Both the position numbers and the translations under genes were made by a program. Positions 49,336-58,008 of a stretch of 64,000 nt of DNA are shown here, one piece after another. Under the pieces are notes generated by a model that did no database searches, was not told the DNA's origin, and saw only the letters and a list, made by a program, of their open reading frames with translations. The stretch is from an uncultured Armatimonadetes bacterium. GTDB taxonomy: Bacteria > Armatimonadota > UBA5829 > DTJY01. The DNA lies in NCBI GenBank assembly GCA_963717145.1, contig OY970325.1:2528001-2592000 (forward strand), read 5' to 3'. The number at the start of each line of letters is the position of its first letter. Within the stretch, counting starts at the first letter, position 1.

Positions 49336-49947
49336 CTATGCAGAGCGCCTCAACCGGCGGGCGGCGCCGGCGAGGGGGAAGATCCCCAGCGCCAAGCCCA
49401 GGAGGCTGGACGGCTCAGGGACAGGCGGAGTGGGAATACTCTGAGTAGTAATGGTGAACTTGACGCCGCAGTTGTAGTAGTGGCAGTCCGGGTCGAAGCC
49501 GAGTCCGACCACACCGTTGTTCCCGATGTACGAGGTCAGGGTGTCGAGCATACCGGGCTTGTTGCTCAGGTTGAAAGTCAGGTCCTCTTCCCAGGTATTG
49601 GTGTCAGACCAATCAGCGATGAGCGGATTGCCTGCCCAATTGTCTCCACCGTGCTCATTGTCGCTCCAGCGCTTGACGCCGGTCTGTGGGCTGTCGAGCA
49701 GATGGATGTACAGATGATCGTTCGACTCCTTGGTCCAATCGTCGATATTGTCGATGAACAGGGTGGCTTCCGTGATGCACTCACCGGCCGGGATGCTCCA
49801 GCGGATCCCCCAGGAGTAGTAGTACCCGTGATCCAGGTCCCAAAGGTCAGCATCGCTCGGCACGAACTGATACTGGGCGGCGGATGCCGGAAGTACCAGC
49901 GTGAGAAGCGCAAGGGCGGCCAAGACTGTGATGATTGCTTTCGACAT
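49336..49947 (-). CDS. PEP-CTERM surface protein
   Basis: Signal peptide; DL.DLDH.YYY.WGI, GFDPDCHYYN.G; VPEPSS-TM-RRLRR. Confidence 0.9.
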   Translation of the reverse strand: MSKAIITVLAALALLTLVLPASAAQYQFVPSDADLWDLDHGYYYSWGIRWSIPAGECITEATLFIDNIDDWTKESNDHLYIHLLDSPQTGVKRWSDNEHGGDNWAGNPLIADWSDTNTWEEDLTFNLSNKPGMLDTLTSYIGNNGVVGLGFDPDCHYYNCGVKFTITTQSIPTPPVPEPSSLLGLALGIFPLAGAARRLRRSA

Positions 49948-50028
49948 TTCCTTCTCCTTTTGCATGTATGGATGCCGGCGCTCGCCCTGTTGCCGGGTCG
50001 AGCGTCCGATCTCGTCTGTGTGCGGTCG

Positions 50029-50679
50029 CTAGGCCCTGCGCCTTCTCACGGCCAGGGTTGTCAGCGAGGTCAGGCCGAAGGCCAGTGTGAGGAGGCTGGC
50101 CGGCTCCGGGACAGGCGGGTACTCAGGGTCGTCATCGACGGCGCACCTGTCGTGCCATGTCTGGCCATAGACCGGGTTGGTAACAGCAGTCCACTTCTTC
50201 GAACCGTCGAGCGATCCACTCCCCGGCTCGACTTGCGCCACGTGTGACAGGAAGCCGAGAGCGTCGGACCCGTCGTCGCGCTGATTGGCTATCGGAGCGA
50301 CCGGGTTGAAGGTGTACGTGAAGACTACAGACTGCCCCGGAGCAATCGCAGGGGGTGTGTAGTACTTCTGGTTGCTCGCCTCGATCTCGAAGGTCTCCCA
50401 GCCGTGGGATGTCCATTCCCAGCCCACCGGCGCCGTCCAGGAGATCGGCGCAGGCACGTTGAACGGTTGAAGCGTCCAAATGATGGCAAGTGGCGTGCCC
50501 GGGCTGTCGCTCCCATTGGTCAACGTCCAGGTGTATGTGTTCGTATCGGTATCCAGCATCGACTCCACGATCGTGATGCCGCTGGTCTTGGCGGACGACC
50601 AGGACTGGGCGACTGCGGGCAGTGCGAGAACCGCCATCAGCAAAACAACTACGGTGAGGACGGTTGCATTCCTAAGCAT
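50029..50679 (-). CDS. PEP-CTERM surface protein
   Basis: Signal peptide; VPEPAS-TM-RRRR. Confidence 0.9.
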   Translation of the reverse strand: MLRNATVLTVVVLLMAVLALPAVAQSWSSAKTSGITIVESMLDTDTNTYTWTLTNGSDSPGTPLAIIWTLQPFNVPAPISWTAPVGWEWTSHGWETFEIEASNQKYYTPPAIAPGQSVVFTYTFNPVAPIANQRDDGSDALGFLSHVAQVEPGSGSLDGSKKWTAVTNPVYGQTWHDRCAVDDDPEYPPVPEPASLLTLAFGLTSLTTLAVRRRRA

Positions 50680-51254
50680 TTCAATTCCCCTTTCCAATAT
50701 GGCCCTCCGTGGCCATGCAGATCATTGTCGACGCGGAGATACTTGCGGCGAATGGAGGATACCATTCTGGAGACCGCCTGCCTCGATATGCACAGGAGCG
50801 CAGGCAGATCGCGCTGTTCGTAGCCCTGTCTCATCAGCTCGTAGCATCTGTGCTCGCCCGGGCTGAGCATCGATTCCATGCGCTCGATATTGTCCCGAAG
50901 GATCAGGTGCTCGCATGGGTCACAGTGCTGATCGAGCTGATCAGCGCGGAGATCTCCGAGTGAGGTCTCCCACTCATAGCCGGTAAGCTCTCGCATACCG
51001 ATCGAACGGGAGCGGTCTATCCAAAGGTTGCGGATGGTATGGCGAAGGAACTGTTTCGGGAACTGGATGTCGTTCTCGTAACGGAGTACGGCGAGCAAGG
51101 CCTCTGATGCGAGGTCTTGCTGATCGTTATAGTCCGCCGAAAACTCCCGTGCACAGACGACAGCCAACATGAACAGTTCCTTAGCACGGAGGGAATCGTC
51201 GGGCCACTCGAGTCTGGGTGACACAGGAAGTCCTGTGGAGGTGTGGACCAACAT
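50649..51254 (-). CDS. Atypical sigma70/ECF-like factor
   Basis: QDLASEALL, RNLWID (region 2); LSPGE...GYEQRDLP..L.ISRQAVS (region 4 HTH). Confidence 0.75.
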   Translation of the reverse strand: MLVHTSTGLPVSPRLEWPDDSLRAKELFMLAVVCAREFSADYNDQQDLASEALLAVLRYENDIQFPKQFLRHTIRNLWIDRSRSIGMRELTGYEWETSLGDLRADQLDQHCDPCEHLILRDNIERMESMLSPGEHRCYELMRQGYEQRDLPALLCISRQAVSRMVSSIRRKYLRVDNDLHGHGGPYWKGELKCLGMQPSSP

Positions 51255-51342
51255 TTTTCATCTTTCCTTCGATAGACGCCCCCGCCTTATGGCGAGTGAC
51301 TTTAGCTGCTGGGGCAAATCTTTGTCTGCCCCTTCAGGTGGA

Positions 51343-51372
51343 TAGACAAGCGAGGGGACCAAATGTCAACCA
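51343..51372 (-). promoter_or_regulatory. Candidate alternative-sigma promoter (leftward)
   Basis: TGGTTGACATT-N14-GTCTA. Confidence 0.55.
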
Positions 51373-51423
51373 AAAAAGTTCAGAAATCGCGCCGGAGGGC
51401 AATCTTTCGGTTTTCGACATTTC

Positions 51424-51453
51424 TGGTTGACATTCCGGGAGTTCAAACGTCTA
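51424..51453 (+). promoter_or_regulatory. Candidate alternative-sigma promoter (rightward)
   Basis: TGGTTGACATT-N14-GTCTA, same motif and spacing as the leftward copy. Confidence 0.55.
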
Positions 51454-51497
51454 CACAGTGGTAGCCGATTCGGCTGCGATGAAGTTGTCCATGGTAG

Positions 51498-51680
51498 ATG
51501 AAAATGTGGGTAGTTCTGTGGAAAGATAGCAGATCCGGAAGATCCGGCGCGCTCAAGTGTCCGGGCAAGCAGACTTGGAAGGACGCCGAAGGTCATGCCA
51601 GAGCGCTCAAAGCTCTGTTCCCTGAGCGCAGATTCCAGGTCGGTTGGGTGCAACTCGCGTCTCGGAGCACACTACAGTAG
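51498..51680 (+). CDS. Small hypothetical protein (60 aa)
   Basis: Fills the intergenic gap downstream of the candidate promoter; protein-like composition. Confidence 0.45.
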   Translation: MKMWVVLWKDSRSGRSGALKCPGKQTWKDAEGHARALKALFPERRFQVGWVQLASRSTLQ

Positions 51681-52184
51681 GTCTTCCGACTCCAGTTCCT
51701 CGTACTTGCGGCGTATCGAGGTGAGCAGCTTCGAGACAGCTTGCCTCGATACGCCCATGATCCCCGGCAAGTCCTTCTGCTCGTGGCCTTCCTTGAGCAT
51801 CTGATAGCACGCAAGCTCGGTCGGTGTCAGTCGCACGAGCAGCCGCTCCAGTGTGTCGCGGAGGATGACCGTCTCCGACAGTGCCTGCCGAGACTCCGCG
51901 ATATCGTCCTCGAACGCCGTGTCCGAGTTGCTGAACTCCCTGGCCCCGGCGCCTACACAGCCGCGATTGATCGCCAGCCTCCGAACTGTAGTCCAGATGA
52001 AGCTCTTTGGATGCTCTATCGGCTTCTCGTATTCCAGCAACGCGCGCACCGCATCGGAAACCAGGTCCTGGCGCTCGTCGTAGTTGCCCGAATACTGCTC
52101 GGCACAATCGGCGATGTACCTGCGCCACTGATCATCCACGCGGGACTCACGGGTTGCCTGCTCTATGTTTTCTTGAATGCTCAT
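51672..52184 (-). CDS. Atypical sigma70/ECF-like factor, paralog of 50649-51254 (start uncertain)
   Basis: QDLVSDAV.ALL.YE..I..PK.F; LTPTE...GHEQKDLP..MGVSRQAVS..L.SIRRKY. Confidence 0.78.
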   Translation of the reverse strand: MSIQENIEQATRESRVDDQWRRYIADCAEQYSGNYDERQDLVSDAVRALLEYEKPIEHPKSFIWTTVRRLAINRGCVGAGAREFSNSDTAFEDDIAESRQALSETVILRDTLERLLVRLTPTELACYQMLKEGHEQKDLPGIMGVSRQAVSKLLTSIRRKYEELESEDLL

Positions 52185-52379
52185 CTGCGACCACCCAGCC
52201 AGCATATGTGTCAGATGGCCCCGCATACTGCCTGCGGTGGTATGTCTGACTGCTGTCTCAGTGGTAGCTACTGCACGTTCCGTGCCAAAACGGACAACTC
52301 GGGGCATTTATATGCAATACTGGTATAATTGCTGGCCGGCTGCGATGGGGGTTGCAGGCGGAAGGGGCGGAAAGCAGAA

Positions 52380-52401
52380 CGGGCAGCGTTTCCGCTGCCC
52401 G
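52380..52401 (-). terminator. Putative terminator after the beta-propeller gene
   Basis: cgggcagcg-tttc-cgctgcccg hairpin with a weak T tract on the minus strand. Confidence 0.5.
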
Positions 52402-52429
52402 CACATCGTCAATCATATGTATCGATGGC

Positions 52430-54274
52430 CTAGCGATAGCCCGGGGGAGGGGCCTCGTTTGGTGTCTGGTTGCCGGATGAGGATGAGGACGAAGAGCTGT
52501 TCGCGGGTTTCGTCTGGGGAGCCGTCCTCAAGGTATTGTCGACCATGAAGGTCCATTCCTCGTAGGTCTTGTTCCCGGCCCAGTCCTCGACCGTGAGGCT
52601 GGCGACATGCCGCCCGTTGGACAGTGGGATCAGGCGAGCGTCACGGGGCGTCTTATACCAGATGACCCCGCGTTCCGGGATAACCTCGTGATCGAGCGTC
52701 TCTCCGTCGAGGGTGAGCTTGATCGTATCCTCCTTGATTCCGCTGCCGAGGTCCTTCACCAGCGCCGAGATTTCCACGGGCGGGCTTCCCGGCATCAGGA
52801 AGTTTCTCAGCGGGCGCACGGTCTCCACTCTCGGCGGAGTCGAGTCCGGGCTGTCCATCGAAAACGCAAGAAGCGCGCCATCGTCGGCCAGGACATAAAG
52901 CGTCCCATCCGCAACAATCGGAGCAGCCGCAAGGTTCACGTACCGGTACTTATACCTCTGGCTGCCGTACTCCAGGATCGACGGCATGACCGTGTATTTC
53001 CACTTGATCGCCCCGGTTTCAACGTCCAGGGCCAGGATGATCCCCTTGTTCGCGGTCACGATCACCGTGTCATCAACGACAATCGGCGAGGAGTAAGTCG
53101 GCGCGCCGATCTCGACCGGCTCCTTCCACTTGAGTTTGCCAGCATTCGTGAGGGCGCAGAACTTACTCGATTTCCCATCCTTGTAGGCAAAGTAAACGAT
53201 ACCTTTGGCCACAGCCGGGGTAGTAGTGATCTCACCAGGCACGGGGGCGCTCCACTTCACTCTCGAGCTTTTCGACTGCATGGCAAAAAGCGTGTTGCCC
53301 GCCGCCAGGTAGATAGTGTTGTCAGCCACAACCGGAGTGGCGTGCCGCGAGCCTGACCCTATCCGGGTCGCCCAGCTCAATCGGCCGGATACCGTGTTGG
53401 CGGCATAGAGAATCGTATCGGTGGACAGGAAGTATGCCAGCCCGTCGACAACCGCCGGCGACGAGGCGATCCCGTCGGCGGTACGAAAGCCGCCCTTCCA
53501 CTCCATCTCGCCCGTCTGGGCGTTAAGAGCATACAGCTTGCGATCATCGGAGCCGAAATAGAGGATATCGCCCACCAGGACCGGCGAGGACGTAATGTTG
53601 CTGCGGGTCACGAAGCTCCAGACGAGCGACCCATCCTCGGTCGACACGGCGTAGAGCCGCCCATCACCGGCCCCGAAATAGACCATCTTGTCGCCTACTG
53701 CGGGGGACGTCCTGATATTGGCGGTCAGGGTCTCCGTAGCAGGGTAACACCATCGGAATGTGCCCGTGTCAGCGTTCACAGCATACAGCCGCGATCCTGC
53801 GCCGAAGTAGATGACGCCGTCCTTGATTGCGGGAGAAGACGGGTTATCCGGCGAGACATCCGAGAGATACTTCCACGAGAGCTTGAGCGGAAACTCGAGA
53901 TGCTCGTCCGTGTAGCCGGTGTGAGCAGAATCGCCCTTGTACATCGTGTAATCGCGCCGACCAACAATCGGCTCGATCGGCGTGATCTCAGCGGCAGGGG
54001 TGTCGAGCAACGGAGCGGGCTGCTCTTCCGTCGGATTGGTCGGGCCAATCAACGGCGGTTGCGGGTAGTCGCGTCTGGAAGAGTCTCCCCTCGGCGGAGT
54101 CGGAGGCATGCCCGGAGGCGCGGGCGGACCCTCGTCGTCACCATCCGCCAGTCCGGGCGGCATGGGGGGAGGCGGACCCGCCGGCGGCCCTTCCTGCGAG
54201 AGTACAGCAATGGAGACGGACAGGATAAGAATTAGTGCTATCAGACAGGCGATCAGCCTCGTGGGCATTACCAT
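52430..54274 (-). CDS. Secreted PQQ-binding-like beta-propeller protein (BamB-like repeats)
   Basis: Signal peptide; Pro-rich linker; repeated SSP.V.D..VYFG..D..LYA....G...W. Confidence 0.9.
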   Translation of the reverse strand: MVMPTRLIACLIALILILSVSIAVLSQEGPPAGPPPPMPPGLADGDDEGPPAPPGMPPTPPRGDSSRRDYPQPPLIGPTNPTEEQPAPLLDTPAAEITPIEPIVGRRDYTMYKGDSAHTGYTDEHLEFPLKLSWKYLSDVSPDNPSSPAIKDGVIYFGAGSRLYAVNADTGTFRWCYPATETLTANIRTSPAVGDKMVYFGAGDGRLYAVSTEDGSLVWSFVTRSNITSSPVLVGDILYFGSDDRKLYALNAQTGEMEWKGGFRTADGIASSPAVVDGLAYFLSTDTILYAANTVSGRLSWATRIGSGSRHATPVVADNTIYLAAGNTLFAMQSKSSRVKWSAPVPGEITTTPAVAKGIVYFAYKDGKSSKFCALTNAGKLKWKEPVEIGAPTYSSPIVVDDTVIVTANKGIILALDVETGAIKWKYTVMPSILEYGSQRYKYRYVNLAAAPIVADGTLYVLADDGALLAFSMDSPDSTPPRVETVRPLRNFLMPGSPPVEISALVKDLGSGIKEDTIKLTLDGETLDHEVIPERGVIWYKTPRDARLIPLSNGRHVASLTVEDWAGNKTYEEWTFMVDNTLRTAPQTKPANSSSSSSSSGNQTPNEAPPPGYR

Positions 54275-54579
54275 CCTCCTTCATGAGGGGCTCAACTGAA
54301 GTATACAGCATTTGTCGCCGCAGCGTCAATCACGACGTGTTCCGCTGAGGCGACGCATTGGCCTCCGACACTCGACAAGCCGTCGGACTCGGCAGACAAT
54401 GCTTCGCCCCGTACAATTGACAGACGAGTTTGGGGTACCGGGTGTTCCGCTGGACAAAAAAACAAGGCCGAGCACGATGCCCGACCTTGAACTCTGCACT
54501 TTGGCCTGCTGATCGACGATTTGTGTCGGAAACAACTGCGCTCGCGGCGCAGTAACTTGCTCAGGATGACAGAGATCTG

Positions 54580-54786
54580 CTACGAAACGTGATCCTCCAT
54601 GACCGGTTTGTCCCGGCGGAGGCACTTCGCGCAGCGCCAGTCTATTTCCATTGCCTCATACATCGACGGAATATTCCGCACAGGGGCTCCACAGATGCCG
54701 CACCGGATCTTGCCGCTGTAGCTGGTTGAGGTAAACAGCTCGTGCTCCGGTTCGATTCCCCCGCTTTCGTATTCCGAATCTGCCAT
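54580..54786 (-). CDS. Small zinc-ribbon protein
   Basis: CGIC...CAKC; RBS GGAGG. Confidence 0.6.
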   Translation of the reverse strand: MADSEYESGGIEPEHELFTSTSYSGKIRCGICGAPVRNIPSMYEAMEIDWRCAKCLRRDKPVMEDHVS

Positions 54787-54818
54787 GCGTTACCCTCCAC
54801 TATGATACTGTGACGACA

Positions 54819-55607
54819 TTATACCACGTTTGCCCGATCCGCAACATATGTTTGCTGATATAAAGGGTGATCGAGGCCTTTGAGGAGTTCGGAGCAGCCG
54901 TGGCGGAGGAGCGCCTCCATGTTCATCACGTCCTCCTTGTTGTATAGGAGCAGTAGTTCGAGCGCCTCCTGACTGCCGCGCCGGTACTCATGCCAGAGCC
55001 GGACCGCATCGAACCCGCTGAGCCCCTCGCACTCGGGGACGCGCCTGATGCCGAGCTTCGTCTCGATGTTCTTCAGCCCGCCGGAGAGCCCGATCCGCCT
55101 GAGCAGGTGGCAGAGGTCGACGTGGAGTTGATCGATCCGCAGGTCGGGGAAGGTGCGCTGGATGAACGGGATGTCGAACCCGCTGCCGAAGAACGTGACA
55201 AGCGTCTTGTACCGCGAGATCTCCGCGGGGAACTCGTCCATGTTGATCCCCTGGATGAACGTCTTCATCTCGACACCATCATACAGACCGATGACGGTAA
55301 TGCAGTCGCCCCAGTTGCAGCCGGTGGTCTCGATATCGAGGTAGCCGATCGAGTCGCCGAACTCGCTGAGCGCGCGCCAGTGATCCTTCTTCGGAAGCAC
55401 CTCGGAGAAGTAGGCGTGGTCGCGGTCCTCGAGCCGGACTATCGATTCCTCAACTCGCGGGAGAAGGAGCGCCTTCTTCGCAGGGGAGAGCTTCATCTCG
55501 GCATGCTGGGCGATGAACTGCTCCCACGTGAGCGCGCCGGCATCCCAAATCTTCCGCTCGGTGGTGTATCCGATCCCCTGTGCATGGATGAACGTCGAGG
55601 TAAGCAT
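54819..55607 (-). CDS. RNase H-like exonuclease domain protein (YprB/RNase_H_2-like)
   Basis: YLDIETTG, LVTF.G..FD.PF, GGLK.IE..LGI.R, YN.EDV. Confidence 0.88.
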   Translation of the reverse strand: MLTSTFIHAQGIGYTTERKIWDAGALTWEQFIAQHAEMKLSPAKKALLLPRVEESIVRLEDRDHAYFSEVLPKKDHWRALSEFGDSIGYLDIETTGCNWGDCITVIGLYDGVEMKTFIQGINMDEFPAEISRYKTLVTFFGSGFDIPFIQRTFPDLRIDQLHVDLCHLLRRIGLSGGLKNIETKLGIRRVPECEGLSGFDAVRLWHEYRRGSQEALELLLLYNKEDVMNMEALLRHGCSELLKGLDHPLYQQTYVADRANVV

Positions 55608-55637
55608 GACGAGGTCAGTATACCACAAGGAAACGCC

Positions 55638-55690
55638 GATCTCCAGGCGACTCCGTCGCCGGCGGCCGGCGACGGAGTCGCCTGGAGATC
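55638..55690. repeat. Long perfect hairpin (25-bp arms, 3-nt loop)
   Basis: gatctccaggcgactccgtcgccggc-ggc... self-complementary to ...ccggcgacggagtcgcctggagatc. Confidence 0.85.
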
Positions 55691-55726
55691 AGTCTGGGCA
55701 AACTCCCACAGTCCCATACTCCTACA

Positions 55727-56800
55727 CTACCGATAGCTCCCCACTTCCTTCGCCAGGTCCGTGATCCGGCGGAAGTCCTCGAGGCTCACGGAATCCGGGA
55801 CCGAGTGGTCGGACGCGAAGATGTACCCGCCGTTCTGCTTCATCACCGGCACCACGCGCCTGATCTCGGCCTCGATCGCCTCCGGGTTGTCCCAGAGCAT
55901 GGCGTTGATCCCACCATGGAAGACCAGTTTGTCGCCAAACTTCCGCTTCAGATCGATGGGGTCCATCCCCGCCTTGACCTCCAGCGGATTGAGCGCATCC
56001 AGCCCGATCTCGACGAACTCCGGCACGAACGGGGTGACGTTGCCGCACGAGTGGAGGCCCGCCTTCGCACCCTTGGAGTGGATCCAGTCGATCGCGCGCT
56101 TCTGGACTGGCTTGAGCAACTCGCGGTACGTCTTGAGTGAGAAGAACGTGTGGTGCTTGTAGCCCATGTCATCGGGCCAGCGGACGGAGTCGAAGGTGTA
56201 TCCCGCGTCCCAGACTCTGTCGAGCAGGGCGATCTGAACGTCTAGGTAGTGGTTGAACATGTCCGAGCACCACTCCGGGTCCTCGATCATCGCCATCAGG
56301 AGGCGCTCCGTACCGACGGTCCACGAGTGAGTGACGTCGAACCCGAACCAGAGGCCGGTCTCGACCCATCGGCCGTTCTCGCGCCATGTGGCATAGTTGG
56401 CCTTGAGGTGCTCCCAGGGGATGCGGTCGTCGGACGGGGTCATCCGCGCCTTGGCGACCTCCCAGGACTCGCGGTCCTTGACGGTGAAGTCGAGGAACTC
56501 GGGCGTCGAGGTGGCGTGCTTCCAGTTCCTGAGGGTCGCGCCCCACCCTGTTGTCCGGATGATGTACTCGTCGGTCTCCTCGACCACCTTCGACTCGTAG
56601 CGCGGGCTGTTGTCGATTCCGAAACCGGCGACGTGGTCGAGGTCGAAGAAGTCGACGAAGCTGACGTCCTTCGGCATGCCTTCGGAGTGCCACCGCTCGA
56701 CGGTCGTGCCCCAGGGGCTGTCGATGATCGGCACGCGGTCGGCATCTCTGTGTTCGAACATGCGCTTGAAGCGCTCGTGTGATGTCATGGCTTGTGGCAT
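55727..56800 (-). CDS. URO-D family protein
   Basis: MTSHER....DRVP, DDMG, HSCG, LNPLEVKAGMD, GGYIFASDHSVP. Confidence 0.9.
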   Translation of the reverse strand: MPQAMTSHERFKRMFEHRDADRVPIIDSPWGTTVERWHSEGMPKDVSFVDFFDLDHVAGFGIDNSPRYESKVVEETDEYIIRTTGWGATLRNWKHATSTPEFLDFTVKDRESWEVAKARMTPSDDRIPWEHLKANYATWRENGRWVETGLWFGFDVTHSWTVGTERLLMAMIEDPEWCSDMFNHYLDVQIALLDRVWDAGYTFDSVRWPDDMGYKHHTFFSLKTYRELLKPVQKRAIDWIHSKGAKAGLHSCGNVTPFVPEFVEIGLDALNPLEVKAGMDPIDLKRKFGDKLVFHGGINAMLWDNPEAIEAEIRRVVPVMKQNGGYIFASDHSVPDSVSLEDFRRITDLAKEVGSYR

Positions 56801-56821
56801 GGGCTCTCCCTCGTGGCTCGA

Positions 56822-56887
56822 TGTAGTGGCCGCGCCTCAGTGCCGGCCTCCCGCGTCGTCTGGCCGGCACAGAGGCACGGCCACTAC
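56822..56887. repeat. GTAG-type REPIN
   Basis: tgtagtggccgcgcctcagtgccggc ... gccggcacagaggcacggccactac. Confidence 0.85.
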
Positions 56888-56889
56888 GG

Positions 56890-57891
56890 CTACGGCGCGG
56901 GGCCGGTGGACTCGCGAATCTCCAGGTGGCAGGGCAGGATGTTCTCCGAAGGACACTCCTCCGGTTCGCCCTTGATCCGGGCAATCAGCATCCTCGATGC
57001 CAGCGATCCGATCTCATAGAGCGGCTGATGCACGGTCGTCAACTGCGGGATCGCGAGTTCCGCGCTCGTGTCATCGAAGCCGATGAACGACATGTCCCTG
57101 GGCGCTTCGAGACCCGCGTGTCTCGCCGCCTGCATCGCACCGATCGCCATCGCGTCATTCGTGGCGAAGATCGCCGTGGGTCGGGAGTCGAGCTTCAACA
57201 GCCTCTGCATCGCGTCGTAGCCGGACTGTCTGCTGTAGTCCCCGTCGGCGATCAGGTCGGGATCGACCGGGAGTCCCGAGTCTCGCAGCGCATCCTCATA
57301 CCCGCGCAGTCTTTGTTCGGTCAGCATCGCATTCTTCAGGCCGAGGATCAGAGCGATCCTGCGGTGACCGAGGCCGATCAGATACTTCACCGCGTCGTAC
57401 GCTGCCTCCTGGTTGTTCGGCTCGACGAACGGAAAGCCCGTGATCTCGATCCTGCGCTCGACGATAACAAGTGGCACATCTCGATCGCGGACCATATCGA
57501 GGTGCTCGGGGAGCATCGGAGACGTGAAGATGATTCCGTCCACCCGACGCTCGAGCAGGATGTCGATGTTCGCGAGTTCCTTCTCGGCGCTGTCATAGGA
57601 GTTGCAGAGGATCACGTTGTAGTCGAACTGCCGGGCCTCGTCCTCGACCGCGCGAGCCAGTATCGGGGCGACCGGGCCTGCGATGCTCGGGAGGATATGA
57701 CCAAGGAGACCGGTCGCCTGCGTCTTGAGGCTTCGCGCGAGGGCATTGTACCTGTAGCCCAGTTCTGCGATCGCCTGCTCGACCCTGACGCGGGTGTCCT
57801 CCGAGACAACCTCGACCGAGTTGAGCACCCTCGAGACTGTGGCGGTGGATACACCTGCGCGGCGGGCAACATCTTTGATCGTGGGCAGCAT
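56890..57891 (-). CDS. LacI-family transcriptional regulator
   Basis: TIKDVARRAGVSTATVSRVLN HTH; PTAIFATND.MA.G, GFDD. Confidence 0.96.
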   Translation of the reverse strand: MLPTIKDVARRAGVSTATVSRVLNSVEVVSEDTRVRVEQAIAELGYRYNALARSLKTQATGLLGHILPSIAGPVAPILARAVEDEARQFDYNVILCNSYDSAEKELANIDILLERRVDGIIFTSPMLPEHLDMVRDRDVPLVIVERRIEITGFPFVEPNNQEAAYDAVKYLIGLGHRRIALILGLKNAMLTEQRLRGYEDALRDSGLPVDPDLIADGDYSRQSGYDAMQRLLKLDSRPTAIFATNDAMAIGAMQAARHAGLEAPRDMSFIGFDDTSAELAIPQLTTVHQPLYEIGSLASRMLIARIKGEPEECPSENILPCHLEIRESTGPAP

Positions 57892-57965
57892 TGGGATTCA
57901 CCTTGGCGAACGGCATTGAAGCTCGTGTCGCCTCATATTAACCGCCGGCCATGCTCTTGTCAAGA

Positions 57966-57995
57966 AGTCAGGAGTCAGGAGTCAGGAGTCAGAAT
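57966..57995. repeat. Heptamer tandem repeat (AGTCAGG)n
   Basis: agtcaggagtcaggagtcaggagtcagaat. Confidence 0.85.
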
Positions 57996-58008
57996 GCGGA
58001 ATCCGGCA

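Noticed and set aside
52476-52500. Poly-Ser and Pro-rich low-complexity stretches in the beta-propeller gene
   Set aside because: Ordinary disordered linkers, unrelated to the palindromic repeat families
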